The notes below the pieces were generated by a model. That model saw nothing but the letters and a program-made list of their open reading frames with translations. It made no database searches and was not told the origin of the DNA. A stretch of 64,000 nt of DNA, taken from a virus. Made by a program: the position numbers and the translations under genes. This document shows, one piece after another, positions 38,601-47,657 of this stretch (its first letter is position 1; every line of letters begins with the position of its first letter). The DNA lies in the IMG/VR virus record IMGVR_UViG_3300025705_000581; one strand, written 5' to 3'.

Positions 38601-41113
38601 GCAGCTTCTTTTGGTGTTAGTGCAGGCAATCCTGGTACAACAACTTTTGAAATTTGTAATTGGTCAGGAGCAATTCTAGGTGGTACAGGGCTTTCTTCTT
38701 CAGTACCTGTAATGTAATCAAATCGCCCAAATGAGTCCACGGCTATAACGTCTATACGTGCCATGTAGTGCTCAATATCGCAGGTGATTGAATTGTCATT
38801 AGATGGAGTAATGAATGTGGATCCAGTGAAGGTTACAGAGGTGTCATCCACTATGCCAGAGATAGTCGGTGCACCGCCTGGTAAAGTCTGAGTATATAGA
38901 GCATTTGGGTTCTTATCAACATAAGGTCTAAAGTCAAAACATTCTCTTAGATTATATACTCTTCCGTTATTTGCGCGGTATACTGGAATTTTATTTGATC
39001 TATATGATGTGGATGGTAAACCAGCGTCAGGAGTTGTATCATCAATTCCACCATAGCTATTAACGGTAAAGTAATATTCACCTGATGCGTTATTTAGTTG
39101 GAATACTTTTAATTTGATTACAATGTCACCTGTTGGCGGTTTTGGACGGCCAGGAATATATTCCATATAAGATATATCATAATAACTATCTTTTTGATTT
39201 GTTTTCAGACGGAAACTGTTTGTGTAATCATCACCGTTTGTTGAGTCGGCAATAGAAACAATTTCATATACGTCAGGAAAACCTAATGTGTATTTTGAAG
39301 TTGATGTAGAATAAGTAACTTTAATATACGGTTCAACTGAAAGCTTTGAGTGATTTCCTGCCAATTGAATTCTTTTATTAAAATAAACAGTACAGTCACC
39401 AGTTGGTGTAGTATTCAAGGCAATTACGAGATTGCTGTCATTAACTGTTGTGGTTGTACCGCCAACAAGAATACGAGTATTTGTGCTATCAACAACTACA
39501 ACGTCATCATTATTACAGTTAAAGTCATCACTAGGACCTGCAGGAATAGTAATTGTTGTTCCTGTTGGTGTAACACTTGATTCTTTAACACGGCGAGGAA
39601 TTGACATATCAGTTATTTCTTTCAAACTGAATGTGCCTGTATCAAAAATCATCGGTGCTTGTTTTTGACCTTTAATTGTTGAACCTGCGGCAATTCCGAT
39701 ATATCCTGTTCCGCTCGAAATTCTTTCAACGTCGGCAAATGTTTTTGCGGCATTTGTAATTCTTACACCGAAGATATATGCGCGGTCAGGTGTTAAGTTA
39801 CGAACAAAACATTCACCGATTGTTAGACCTGTTCCGTCTTGAAGGTTGCTTGTGGTAAAGTCAATATCAAGAACACCGGTGATAGAAGTAACATTAACAT
39901 AGTTACCATAATTCATTCCAACCGGTTCGTTTTGTTGAATTGTTGTCGTAGTGATTGGAGGAATTGTGAATTCTCTTTCACCGGCATTTTCAACTCTAAA
40001 TCCTTTGATGTATGCAACACCTGGGCTAACCAAAGCCTTAAGAATGTTGTTGTTCGCAGTAGCGTCATATCGACGGTCAGGTTTTACGATGAATTTTTCA
40101 GCAACATAGTTACCTGACTCTTCATATGTGCGGCGAGCCATTTCTTCGCCTAATACATTGAACTGAGTTACATCTCTAAGCTCAATTGCGTTACCTGTTT
40201 CATAACGGATCAGTGTGAAAAAGTCAGAGTCAATATCCGCAGTAGTAGTTGCGAGTGCAACCAAATCAGGTACAAGTTTTAATCTATCAGCGCCAGGTGC
40301 GTTTTCATTTCTTGATCCGTTTGCATTATCATATAGCGTAGGATCTTGCAAGAATGAAATAAGTTCTTCATCAACTTTAAAACCAACATTAACATTATTA
40401 GGAAATCTTGAATATTTTTCAACAACTAATGTTTGTTGAGTTGTAAACAAGAAATGACCTTTTTGGAAAATAATACCAGGTGATGCTTTCAAACCAAACG
40501 ATTTACCAACTGGGGTAAATCCTGCGCTAGCCACACTGATTGTATCAACAAGTGTCGGGCCAGGATCAGTTGGGTGAGGTGCACCGCCAACAGTTTTTGA
40601 ACGGTAAATGGTAAGTGTTTCACCGGCATTGAATTGCTTGATAGTATTATCGGAGTTAGCCAAATCTTCCGTTGTGTTTAAGTAATTAACAAAGAAAGTA
40701 TTTAGATCTGGCGGGCGAGTTGTATAACCAATTTGTGCCGAAACAATTTCAGCGCTCAGGTTTGTAGTACCACCTGTTACCGTATATACAACATCAACAA
40801 GTGTTTTAACACCCGAGATTGTTTCTTCTACTGTTCCGCTAATAAAATTTGTTGGAGTAAAACCCGGTTTCTCAACAAGCTTAACAAATTCCAATGCATC
40901 CAATTGTGTAAAGTTACAACCTTTAATGATTGAACCTTCTTTATAAATGTTATCACCAAATTGTTCAATCTGATTTTGCAAGATTGTTTGAAGCTGTATT
41001 AGCTCTCTTGCTTGAACCGCATATGCGGGTTTAAACAAAACTCTATAGAATTGATTCTCCTGGTCGAAGTCATCGAAGTATGGAGAAATGTTTAAATTTG
41101 TATTAATTGGCAT
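35654..41113 (-). CDS. vrlC: VrlC-like/DUF4815 virion (baseplate/fibre-network) protein, 1819 aa
   Basis: N-terminal NLNISPYFDDFD...FYRVLFKP...VQARELIQLQTILQNQIEQFG; ENAPGADRLK; MARRTYEESGNY; RFKNGYIVDP; DPLAQTFFI. Confidence 0.88.
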   Translation of the reverse strand: MPINTNLNISPYFDDFDQENQFYRVLFKPAYAVQARELIQLQTILQNQIEQFGDNIYKEGSIIKGCNFTQLDALEFVKLVEKPGFTPTNFISGTVEETISGVKTLVDVVYTVTGGTTNLSAEIVSAQIGYTTRPPDLNTFFVNYLNTTEDLANSDNTIKQFNAGETLTIYRSKTVGGAPHPTDPGPTLVDTISVASAGFTPVGKSFGLKASPGIIFQKGHFLFTTQQTLVVEKYSRFPNNVNVGFKVDEELISFLQDPTLYDNANGSRNENAPGADRLKLVPDLVALATTTADIDSDFFTLIRYETGNAIELRDVTQFNVLGEEMARRTYEESGNYVAEKFIVKPDRRYDATANNNILKALVSPGVAYIKGFRVENAGEREFTIPPITTTTIQQNEPVGMNYGNYVNVTSITGVLDIDFTTSNLQDGTGLTIGECFVRNLTPDRAYIFGVRITNAAKTFADVERISSGTGYIGIAAGSTIKGQKQAPMIFDTGTFSLKEITDMSIPRRVKESSVTPTGTTITIPAGPSDDFNCNNDDVVVVDSTNTRILVGGTTTTVNDSNLVIALNTTPTGDCTVYFNKRIQLAGNHSKLSVEPYIKVTYSTSTSKYTLGFPDVYEIVSIADSTNGDDYTNSFRLKTNQKDSYYDISYMEYIPGRPKPPTGDIVIKLKVFQLNNASGEYYFTVNSYGGIDDTTPDAGLPSTSYRSNKIPVYRANNGRVYNLRECFDFRPYVDKNPNALYTQTLPGGAPTISGIVDDTSVTFTGSTFITPSNDNSITCDIEHYMARIDVIAVDSFGRFDYITGTEEESPVPPRIAPDQLQISKVVVPGLPALTPKEAAREGKKQYAIKMSSKTVENYTMRDIKGIEKRLEAMEYYIQLNQLETETTNLLITDENGLTRFKNGYIVDPLNNLDLANVQDNEFNASVPFDKKQLQPAVRTFPLDLRLKSTSSASVFPNTDEPEAATLSRDSHISVINQPYASGFRNAVSNFYKYVGLGDLFPAFDSVQDTVADPVSIDINLVSPFADFLENVQQFIPLTGSIDTGRILREFGGDNNWFPTQVAEVRTWELSATESVVQSDVGEFASNVEFNPFMRSRDVNVYMAGLRPNTRHYFFFDAVDVNAHVHPGTANNSARAVNRYGAKGDPVVSDASGVIRAVFTIPAETFYCGDRNLEVCDVDTYSEIGSGATSIGTLSYHAWNINVEKTTLTQSTRVPATVGTAAMTERNLARRPRPRPQPNDDDDPRPTPPGIRGVDWDPLAQTFFIKGGMGRGSGTIFASKIDLYFKKKSATQGVTVMLREVINGYPATSIIPFSKIHLDPADVNISDDSSVATTIDFTAPVRLDVEKEYAVVIMPDGCDPNYLLFTSKVGGTDLTPGATNGQAIVQDWGDGVLFTSTNNKAWQSYQDEDLKFTLYRHNFSAATGSITLTQDANEFFTLTTWNGAFKQGERVYREMTISGSTGTQINIPVGSNILTGTTLTDTYNNGDFILVTDTGGGNIDIFEVVSVDSDTQITLNKPSTIIRTNHFHKPVVTGIVSYYNPFEPNLLYLRSSNASGVRIFGTGATILGLDSGVEATISTVDNVTVSYVQPMIYRSNDTETTTSISGSFVDATNTLNNYTLPMRFGASNHFTNKGNIIYSKSNDTSNSRPFDMTISMTNNNNTTSSPFIDLDGSSVIAYQYKITNTEDTAKYVSKTIELKEDLDAEDMEVFVTGYRPSGSEIKLYIKPQNQYDPASFENADWIEMELFEGIGSFSSSANLNDFREFKYRVPATAKNGSGVLEYTNTAGTFTGYRKFAIKIELRSPNQYSVPFVKDYRGIALT

Positions 41114-41126
41114 ATGTTTATCTCTC

Positions 41127-42761
41127 TTAGAATTGCAAGACCAGTTTATATTCTTCTCTTGAAGCGGCGGATCTATTTAATGGAATGATATCTTCCATAA
41201 AGTATACTTCACCTGATCTTTGAACATAATCGGACGTTATTACATTATCGGCTGTCGGAGTATTTATATTAATTGTCTGACCGGACGAAGTGAACAAAGG
41301 TAATGATGTGTCTAATGATACCGATGTTCCTGGCTGGTTTTGATATGAACCCATATACTCTGAAATGTAAATTGTGTTGGCAGTACTATTAACTTCATGG
41401 ACTTTACCAACGAATACGGTTTCTTGGCTGTTATTAACTTGCGTTAGTGTATCATTAACAACAGCGGCAGCCCATTGGTCAGATATAATAGAAATCCTGT
41501 TATCAAATACCGACGGTGCAGTATATGACGGATCAGTGTTTGCCCACTCAGGGTTTTTAACAACACCAATATATGAATAACTATTTGTTGCACCGATTTG
41601 GGCATTATCTGTTTCTGTGATATATCCGTAAAGTAATACGTGGCGGGAATGCAGTTCGTTAAGAAAGTTTGTTGCGTGCCCATTTGTTGGTGACAAGATA
41701 GGTCTTAGTTCCGCACGAACATCAATAGATAAAGCATCCTCAGGTTCAAAGTCATATAATGGATCAACAACTCTTGCTGATATACTATTATATCCTGTAC
41801 CTGCTTCAATAATATTAATTTTGGTAATTGAGTTATTTACGATTGTTGGGATTGCTGCTGCACCTGTTCCATCACCATTGATTTCAATCTTTGGGAATAT
41901 TTGAAAACTTGCTGAATCAACAACACCGTCAAATTTTGGATCACCTACAACAAAAACTGTTGCTTTTTGTGTTGAAGCATTATATGAATAAGATCCAATA
42001 TCATATAAAAAGCTTTGGCCGTTAATGTTAGTAACGTAAATTGCCATACCCGCATAATAATCTGCGATTTCCTGCAATGTTGAACCTGTTATAATAAGTT
42101 CACCCGCTGATAAAACACCATCTTCAGCAATAACACCATTTTCATATGGATAGCCGTAATTGCCTACAATATTTTCAACAAAGATTTGGTCGACCTTTGA
42201 TCCTGTATCAACATATGACGCATTTGCAGTTGGGTCAACATCAAAGTCACCCATAATAGGAATATAACCGACCGCATTATATGCTTCAAACTCTGATTGT
42301 GTTAGTGCATACATAAATTTCCATACATAACCGTCAGCAGTTTCATAAATTTGATTTGGTGTAGCTGCTGAATAGTTTGGAGGGGTATCAACTTCAGCAA
42401 GTTCGTTATTATATAGGCATTTATAAATTCTATAATCACCTGTATCATTACTTGTCGGACCAACAACGGCATAAAACTTTTCGCCATCAAGGTTAACACG
42501 GTCATCATATTGAATATAAACTTGACCTTTTTGCCAAGGATAATATTTAATTAAATATTTTACGTCATCGTTAGAAATTTCTTTACCGAATAGTGTTTTT
42601 TCAAGAAATAAGTTTTTATTATATTGTGAGTCGACCGCGGACAGCCTATTAAGCCCAGTTGTAACTGAGGAAACAAAAATATAAAAATCATTTGCCTGAA
42701 TGTCGTCTTTAAACAACCTCAGTGTATCGGTATTTAAATTTGATGTAAGTACTTCTGACAT
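41127..42761 (-). CDS. gp8: Baseplate wedge subunit (T4 gp8-like)
   Basis: YYPWQKGQVYIQYDD...YRIYKCLYNN...TADGYVWKFMY...; C-terminal SGEVYFMEDIIPLNRSAASREEYKLVLQF. Confidence 0.85.
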   Translation of the reverse strand: MSEVLTSNLNTDTLRLFKDDIQANDFYIFVSSVTTGLNRLSAVDSQYNKNLFLEKTLFGKEISNDDVKYLIKYYPWQKGQVYIQYDDRVNLDGEKFYAVVGPTSNDTGDYRIYKCLYNNELAEVDTPPNYSAATPNQIYETADGYVWKFMYALTQSEFEAYNAVGYIPIMGDFDVDPTANASYVDTGSKVDQIFVENIVGNYGYPYENGVIAEDGVLSAGELIITGSTLQEIADYYAGMAIYVTNINGQSFLYDIGSYSYNASTQKATVFVVGDPKFDGVVDSASFQIFPKIEINGDGTGAAAIPTIVNNSITKINIIEAGTGYNSISARVVDPLYDFEPEDALSIDVRAELRPILSPTNGHATNFLNELHSRHVLLYGYITETDNAQIGATNSYSYIGVVKNPEWANTDPSYTAPSVFDNRISIISDQWAAAVVNDTLTQVNNSQETVFVGKVHEVNSTANTIYISEYMGSYQNQPGTSVSLDTSLPLFTSSGQTININTPTADNVITSDYVQRSGEVYFMEDIIPLNRSAASREEYKLVLQF

Positions 42762-42782
42762 TTGTTCACTTCCACTTTTTCT

Positions 42783-42790
42783 TATTTATA
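42783..42790 (-). promoter_or_regulatory. T4-type late promoter TATAAATA
   Basis: Exact consensus in the S8-gp8 intergenic gap, ~22 nt upstream of the gp8 ATG. Confidence 0.75.
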
Positions 42791-42800
42791 TACAATTGGC

Positions 42801-44432
42801 TTATCCTCTTTTCCTAACTCGACCACGCGGCCAAACAATGGAGGCCGTCGGTCTTGGTTTGAAATTTACCACCGGGAATGATTTACCAGCTGTAGGTCTT
42901 TGATTAATCCAACGTAAAATTTTATTAGGTGCACCTTGAAGGCTATCGGTATCCATTGGATCATCTGCCTCAGTATCAAACATCTCATCGTATGTTGAAA
43001 CTGTGTCTAACCAAGCTTGTGCTTCTGTTTGTGTCATATTAGGATCTTGTTGAGCAAGTATAGCTAAAACACCTGCAACTTGTGGTCCCGACATACTTGT
43101 CCCTTGATATTTACCAAGCCTATAAGTACTGTTTCTGGCATCAGCACCATAACCACTATGCAATGATGATTGAATAGCTTCACCAGCAGCAAAGATATCA
43201 ACCTGGCTTCCACAGTTTGAAAAGATTGCTTTATCTTCAGCTACGTTATTTGACATTGCGCCTACGTTAATTGCATTAGCAAATCCTGCACCTGATCCTG
43301 TGCCTCGGTGTAGATACCAAAAATAATTAGAGCCATTGTAAGTCATATAATATGAGTTATTATAATCTTGATCTGTAGATTTAACTGTTTTCCATGCATC
43401 ATTACCTGCCGAACAAACAACTATAATTCCATCATCAATTGCGTCTTGTATATCAGCAAACCTTGATGTGAAATAGTTTGGTATAGAAAAACCTGACTGC
43501 GATGAAGCATAAAATCCACGGGCCTGCAATTCCGCAGCAGTTAAATCACGCCCAGGATTAAAATCAACACCACGGAAATTAACACGAGTTACTAAACCTG
43601 TATTATAATCTCCTGAATAACCAACTTCAATTGATGATCCATAACTGTGATTTGATATTGTTGGATTTTTTCTACCTGTTATGGGATTGATTGGTTTTGT
43701 ATTATGCCATTCTCTCATATAATCCCAAATATTTACGCCGCCGTTTGGGTTTGTACCATATGGGCTAATATTATAAACATTAGCATCTCGTGCCCAACCT
43801 TGAGTATTACCTGCAACGGTTCCACCACAATGACATCCATGGTTATTATCATTTCTATCCGCGGCATTTGTATAAGAACCTGAACGATCGTATACATAAG
43901 TTCCTGAACCGCCGTGTGAAAACCAGTTTTCTTGAACAACTCTACTACCGCCAGTACCGTCTGGATTTACTGCAAACTCTGGGTGGGCTGGATCAATATG
44001 ACCGTCTACAATTACAACATCAACATTTTTACCTGAGGAAGTAATTTCTACATTATCAACTACAAGGCTTGTCCCAGGATCACCCCAATTGCTTCTATTC
44101 AATTCTTCAACGTGCCGTAGCAAACCCCAGTTAGTGTCACCACTATCAAGATTAAAGTCCTTGGCAAAATCACCATTAGTAATTTTATATGCTGGTTTTG
44201 TTGTAAAGTCAATCAATTCTTTTAAGTCGAGATCCCAAACTCTTGGATCTTGTCGGATCAAATCAACTTCATCATCTTCAAGCATATAATGAGTGTTCCG
44301 ACTAATTGGTCGTTTATCAGAACATTGGACAGCTCGCCCGGGAATATAAAGTTGACCTCCGGGTGTTTCCATATCTTCATAGAAACTTTCAAGATCATTT
44401 TTATTATGAAGTGTGATAATCCACTCTTTCAT
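42801..44432 (-). CDS. Subtilisin-family (S8) serine protease, 543 aa
   Basis: Catalytic triad motifs VDVVIVDGHID, NNHGCHCGGTVAG, GTSMSGPQVAG; oxyanion SAGND; N-terminal pro-domain-like segment; no signal peptide. Confidence 0.92.
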   Translation of the reverse strand: MKEWIITLHNKNDLESFYEDMETPGGQLYIPGRAVQCSDKRPISRNTHYMLEDDEVDLIRQDPRVWDLDLKELIDFTTKPAYKITNGDFAKDFNLDSGDTNWGLLRHVEELNRSNWGDPGTSLVVDNVEITSSGKNVDVVIVDGHIDPAHPEFAVNPDGTGGSRVVQENWFSHGGSGTYVYDRSGSYTNAADRNDNNHGCHCGGTVAGNTQGWARDANVYNISPYGTNPNGGVNIWDYMREWHNTKPINPITGRKNPTISNHSYGSSIEVGYSGDYNTGLVTRVNFRGVDFNPGRDLTAAELQARGFYASSQSGFSIPNYFTSRFADIQDAIDDGIIVVCSAGNDAWKTVKSTDQDYNNSYYMTYNGSNYFWYLHRGTGSGAGFANAINVGAMSNNVAEDKAIFSNCGSQVDIFAAGEAIQSSLHSGYGADARNSTYRLGKYQGTSMSGPQVAGVLAILAQQDPNMTQTEAQAWLDTVSTYDEMFDTEADDPMDTDSLQGAPNKILRWINQRPTAGKSFPVVNFKPRPTASIVWPRGRVRKRG

Positions 44433-44436
44433 ATTC

Positions 44437-45366
44437 TTAACTCTCCAATTGAAGAACAGTTAATGTAACTGCGACATTTTGAGTACCACCTGATTTGTTT
44501 GTAACCGTGGCATAGATATCTGTACCTGTTGAACAATAACCAATAACTGCAGGACCAAAATCTACTTTCTGTCCCGCGGTTGTAATTACCTCGGCAATAA
44601 CCCCAGCATCTGGTGTAGGATCGGTATTGATAGTTCTAGTTGAATCTGATGAACGTGCAGTCGTGTCGATATATAATCTAACCCATGCCGCGTGAGATGT
44701 TTCAATTGAATATAATGCATAGCCTTTAAATCCACTAATAGTTAAATTTGTTGTTGCTTCATCTGCAAGTGATGATGCCGTCGCAGCTTTTGTTGTTCTT
44801 GTTTGTAGTGAACTACCGCCACCACCACCAAGATCTTCAGCATTTGCGAGTTCAACCCACGCACCGGCATGAGCATAGTATGCTGCGCCCGTTCCGTGTA
44901 CGTGAGCAAACATACCGTGATAACTACTAGCTGCAGGTAAATCACCTATTGCATCATAGACGTTACCAAACAATACTTTTTTCCCGCCCATATCCAAATC
45001 AGCACCAACGACCGCAGTAATTGCATCATTGGCAGTAAAGGTTGAACCGCCGCCTGTTTGGTTAACGAATGTAAATGTTCCGTTACCATCCGTGGAAAGT
45101 ACTTGATTATTTGATCCGTCGGTAATACCTAAACTCAAAAGTCCCAATGTTTGGAACGTGAAATTTGCACCGCCGTTTGTTGTTAATACTTGACCGTTTG
45201 TTCCGTCAGTAATACCCAACCCAGTTAATGATGTTGGAACAACAATTTCATCCAGTCCATCATATAACTCAGTAAAGTTGCTATTAGTTTTTTGGAACGC
45301 GGTCCTTAAAATATCACCTGTTCCGTCATTGGCGCTTGCGCCGACGCCGATAATTTGCTTGACCAT
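44437..45366 (-). CDS. gp9: Baseplate wedge/tail-fibre connector with T4 gp9/gp10-type N-terminus, 309 aa
   Basis: MVKQIIGVGASANDGTGDILRTAFQKTNSNFTELY; position between gp7 and gp8. Confidence 0.7.
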   Translation of the reverse strand: MVKQIIGVGASANDGTGDILRTAFQKTNSNFTELYDGLDEIVVPTSLTGLGITDGTNGQVLTTNGGANFTFQTLGLLSLGITDGSNNQVLSTDGNGTFTFVNQTGGGSTFTANDAITAVVGADLDMGGKKVLFGNVYDAIGDLPAASSYHGMFAHVHGTGAAYYAHAGAWVELANAEDLGGGGGSSLQTRTTKAATASSLADEATTNLTISGFKGYALYSIETSHAAWVRLYIDTTARSSDSTRTINTDPTPDAGVIAEVITTAGQKVDFGPAVIGYCSTGTDIYATVTNKSGGTQNVAVTLTVLQLES

Positions 45367-45392
45367 CTCTATCTCCTATAGCTTTATGCTAT

Positions 45393-47657
45393 TTATCCGT
45401 TAACTATGTCAACTGTTATTACACCATTGTCTGCTGTTAGTACCGCGGTATCAACTCGAATACTTTGATCCCCAACAATTTGACCTGGGCCAACAACAGG
45501 ATCACCACCTGGTATATAATCTTCAGTAATGTTAAACCCAAACCGGTGCGTTACAACTGCACTAAATTCTTTTTGCCATGAAAACTTATCAAACATTTTT
45601 GTCCCGGCAAGGTGGACACTGTTTCTTAGTGGTTCTTCATATGTTTCCCTTGATACAACAGATTGGATCTCATATGAATATTCTTGGTAATAATCTGAAT
45701 CTTGCAAACGCATTGATGCGTCAAAGTATTTTAAAGTACCTGCTTGATTTTGTTCATAACCATTTAAGTGTGAATTCTTTTCAGCCCAGAAACCTGATGT
45801 TGTACCTTGAGTTCTTGCTGATGCTGTACCTTTTGCTTGAATCACGCCGTCATCATCTGTGATAAAGACAGACTCATTATCAACATATCCAAGGCCTGAA
45901 TTATAAACATCAACCGCGGTAATTCTACCTCTTGTGAAAAATGTTTCAGTTTCCATGTCGGCGTTTTCACCGGCTTTTTCTGAATCATAATCACGGTATA
46001 CTACAAGTGGCGTATAGTTGTTACCTTTATGCGTAATAACATTTGTGCTATCAAAACCGTAATACGAATATGCTCTTACATTAAGATATGACTTTTGAGA
46101 ATTAACACCAGTAATAATTCCACTCACGCCTGAAGCTGTTTGTGTAATTGTATCACCGACTGAAAATCCTGAGCCAAATGTAGTAAAAGAAATAATCTGT
46201 TCAAACCTATCAAAGATATTTGTTGTGTAATCTCGAATGATTGCAAATGCATCATTGGTATACTCTTCACCTGGGTTAATGTTGATAAATTCGTTAATCG
46301 TTCCCATTTCAAATGCTTGAAGTGCAAATGCCTGATTAATCGGTGTTGCTAATGTTACGGGATCGGCAGTACCTGACATTGGTTGCAGTGCAGGTGGTAC
46401 GGTATTATAATTTGTACTATTAATTAAAACATTCGTAAAGTCACCAATAATATCAGTAATCAGATTAACTGTTTCTATATTTGACAATGACCCAACTTGA
46501 ACATCGGTTGCAGGTGTATTATTTTCAGGTAGGATTGGTCCAGGGGATGTTGAGTTTTTAGCAGAAACTGTGAGAACACCAGGAAGATTAAAATTAATTG
46601 CTCTATCGTTTGTTCCAATTTCTCTTGATATATCAAAATTGTCACCCGGGTTCATTCTTACACCAACCGCGTTTGCATTTTGACCTGTAACAGTACCAAC
46701 GTTTGATGCAGTATCGGTAAGTGTTTCACCTACAATAAAATCTAAATCTGGGTTTGGTAAAACAATAACTTGATCTGAAACTAACAGGCTCGTACCTGCA
46801 ATTGTATAACCCCAACCGCCGTCAGTTAAGTTATATTGTATTTCACCTTTTCCGATATCAGAAACTTCAGTAACAATAACTTTACCAGCAACACCAAGAT
46901 CACTTTCTACATTATATAACTGTCCGACTAAATTTCCTTCTGTCCCACCGTAAAGAGTATCAATTTCAATATCGGAAAGTGATCCGTTAACACGGCCGAA
47001 TGAAACTTCTTCACCGTTAATTTTAGCAACAATGTCATCGTATTTTTGAAACTGTCCTTTTGGATTATTGATATAAACAATAGGAAGGATTGTTCTGTTT
47101 AATAGAATAAAGTTAATTTTATCAACAACCGCTTTAGCACCTGATACGGCACCACGAATGTTTTTATTAATAACATCAGAATAAGAATATACTAATCCTT
47201 CGGCACTTGTAAAGCTACCATTATTTGGGATCATTTGTAGATAAGTACCATTCTTCCATTGAGAGTCTGATACTTTAAACATATGCTTTGCGGGATATTC
47301 AACCTTTGCATTCTCGGCATAAAATATTCTAAAGAATAACTTAATGCCACCTTCAGTACCTTTTGCTCGGTACAGATCAAGGATATTTTTTACAATAAAC
47401 CGTACCTCGGCATTTGGCATAAGAGGCAGATCTTGTAGGAATGTCTTTTGAAAAAATACCAGCATTTCCTGAATAGTTGTTGTAATATCACGGTATTCAA
47501 ACATACGACGAGAATTATACGTCGCATTATTTGTTTCAGTTTCAAGGAACCTGTAATAATCTTCAACTAATTGAATGAGTTCCTGGCCATCTTCACGATA
47601 AATGCCAGGAAACTGTTCCTTAATTCTAAATGCTATGTTTTTTTCTATTTCAGACAT
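45393..47657 (-). CDS. gp7: Baseplate wedge initiator (gp7-like), 754 aa
   Basis: KEQFPGIYREDG...DYYRFLE; LYRAKGTEGGIKLFFRIFY; LQDSDYYQEYSYEIQS; VHLAGTKMF; follows gp6. Confidence 0.8.
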   Translation of the reverse strand: MSEIEKNIAFRIKEQFPGIYREDGQELIQLVEDYYRFLETETNNATYNSRRMFEYRDITTTIQEMLVFFQKTFLQDLPLMPNAEVRFIVKNILDLYRAKGTEGGIKLFFRIFYAENAKVEYPAKHMFKVSDSQWKNGTYLQMIPNNGSFTSAEGLVYSYSDVINKNIRGAVSGAKAVVDKINFILLNRTILPIVYINNPKGQFQKYDDIVAKINGEEVSFGRVNGSLSDIEIDTLYGGTEGNLVGQLYNVESDLGVAGKVIVTEVSDIGKGEIQYNLTDGGWGYTIAGTSLLVSDQVIVLPNPDLDFIVGETLTDTASNVGTVTGQNANAVGVRMNPGDNFDISREIGTNDRAINFNLPGVLTVSAKNSTSPGPILPENNTPATDVQVGSLSNIETVNLITDIIGDFTNVLINSTNYNTVPPALQPMSGTADPVTLATPINQAFALQAFEMGTINEFININPGEEYTNDAFAIIRDYTTNIFDRFEQIISFTTFGSGFSVGDTITQTASGVSGIITGVNSQKSYLNVRAYSYYGFDSTNVITHKGNNYTPLVVYRDYDSEKAGENADMETETFFTRGRITAVDVYNSGLGYVDNESVFITDDDGVIQAKGTASARTQGTTSGFWAEKNSHLNGYEQNQAGTLKYFDASMRLQDSDYYQEYSYEIQSVVSRETYEEPLRNSVHLAGTKMFDKFSWQKEFSAVVTHRFGFNITEDYIPGGDPVVGPGQIVGDQSIRVDTAVLTADNGVITVDIVNG

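Noticed and set aside
41261-41268. TATAAATA inside gp8 (and another at 63040-63047)
   Set aside because: Both are within AT-rich coding sequence (Ile-Asn codons) and may be chance; not listed as promoters without transcript data
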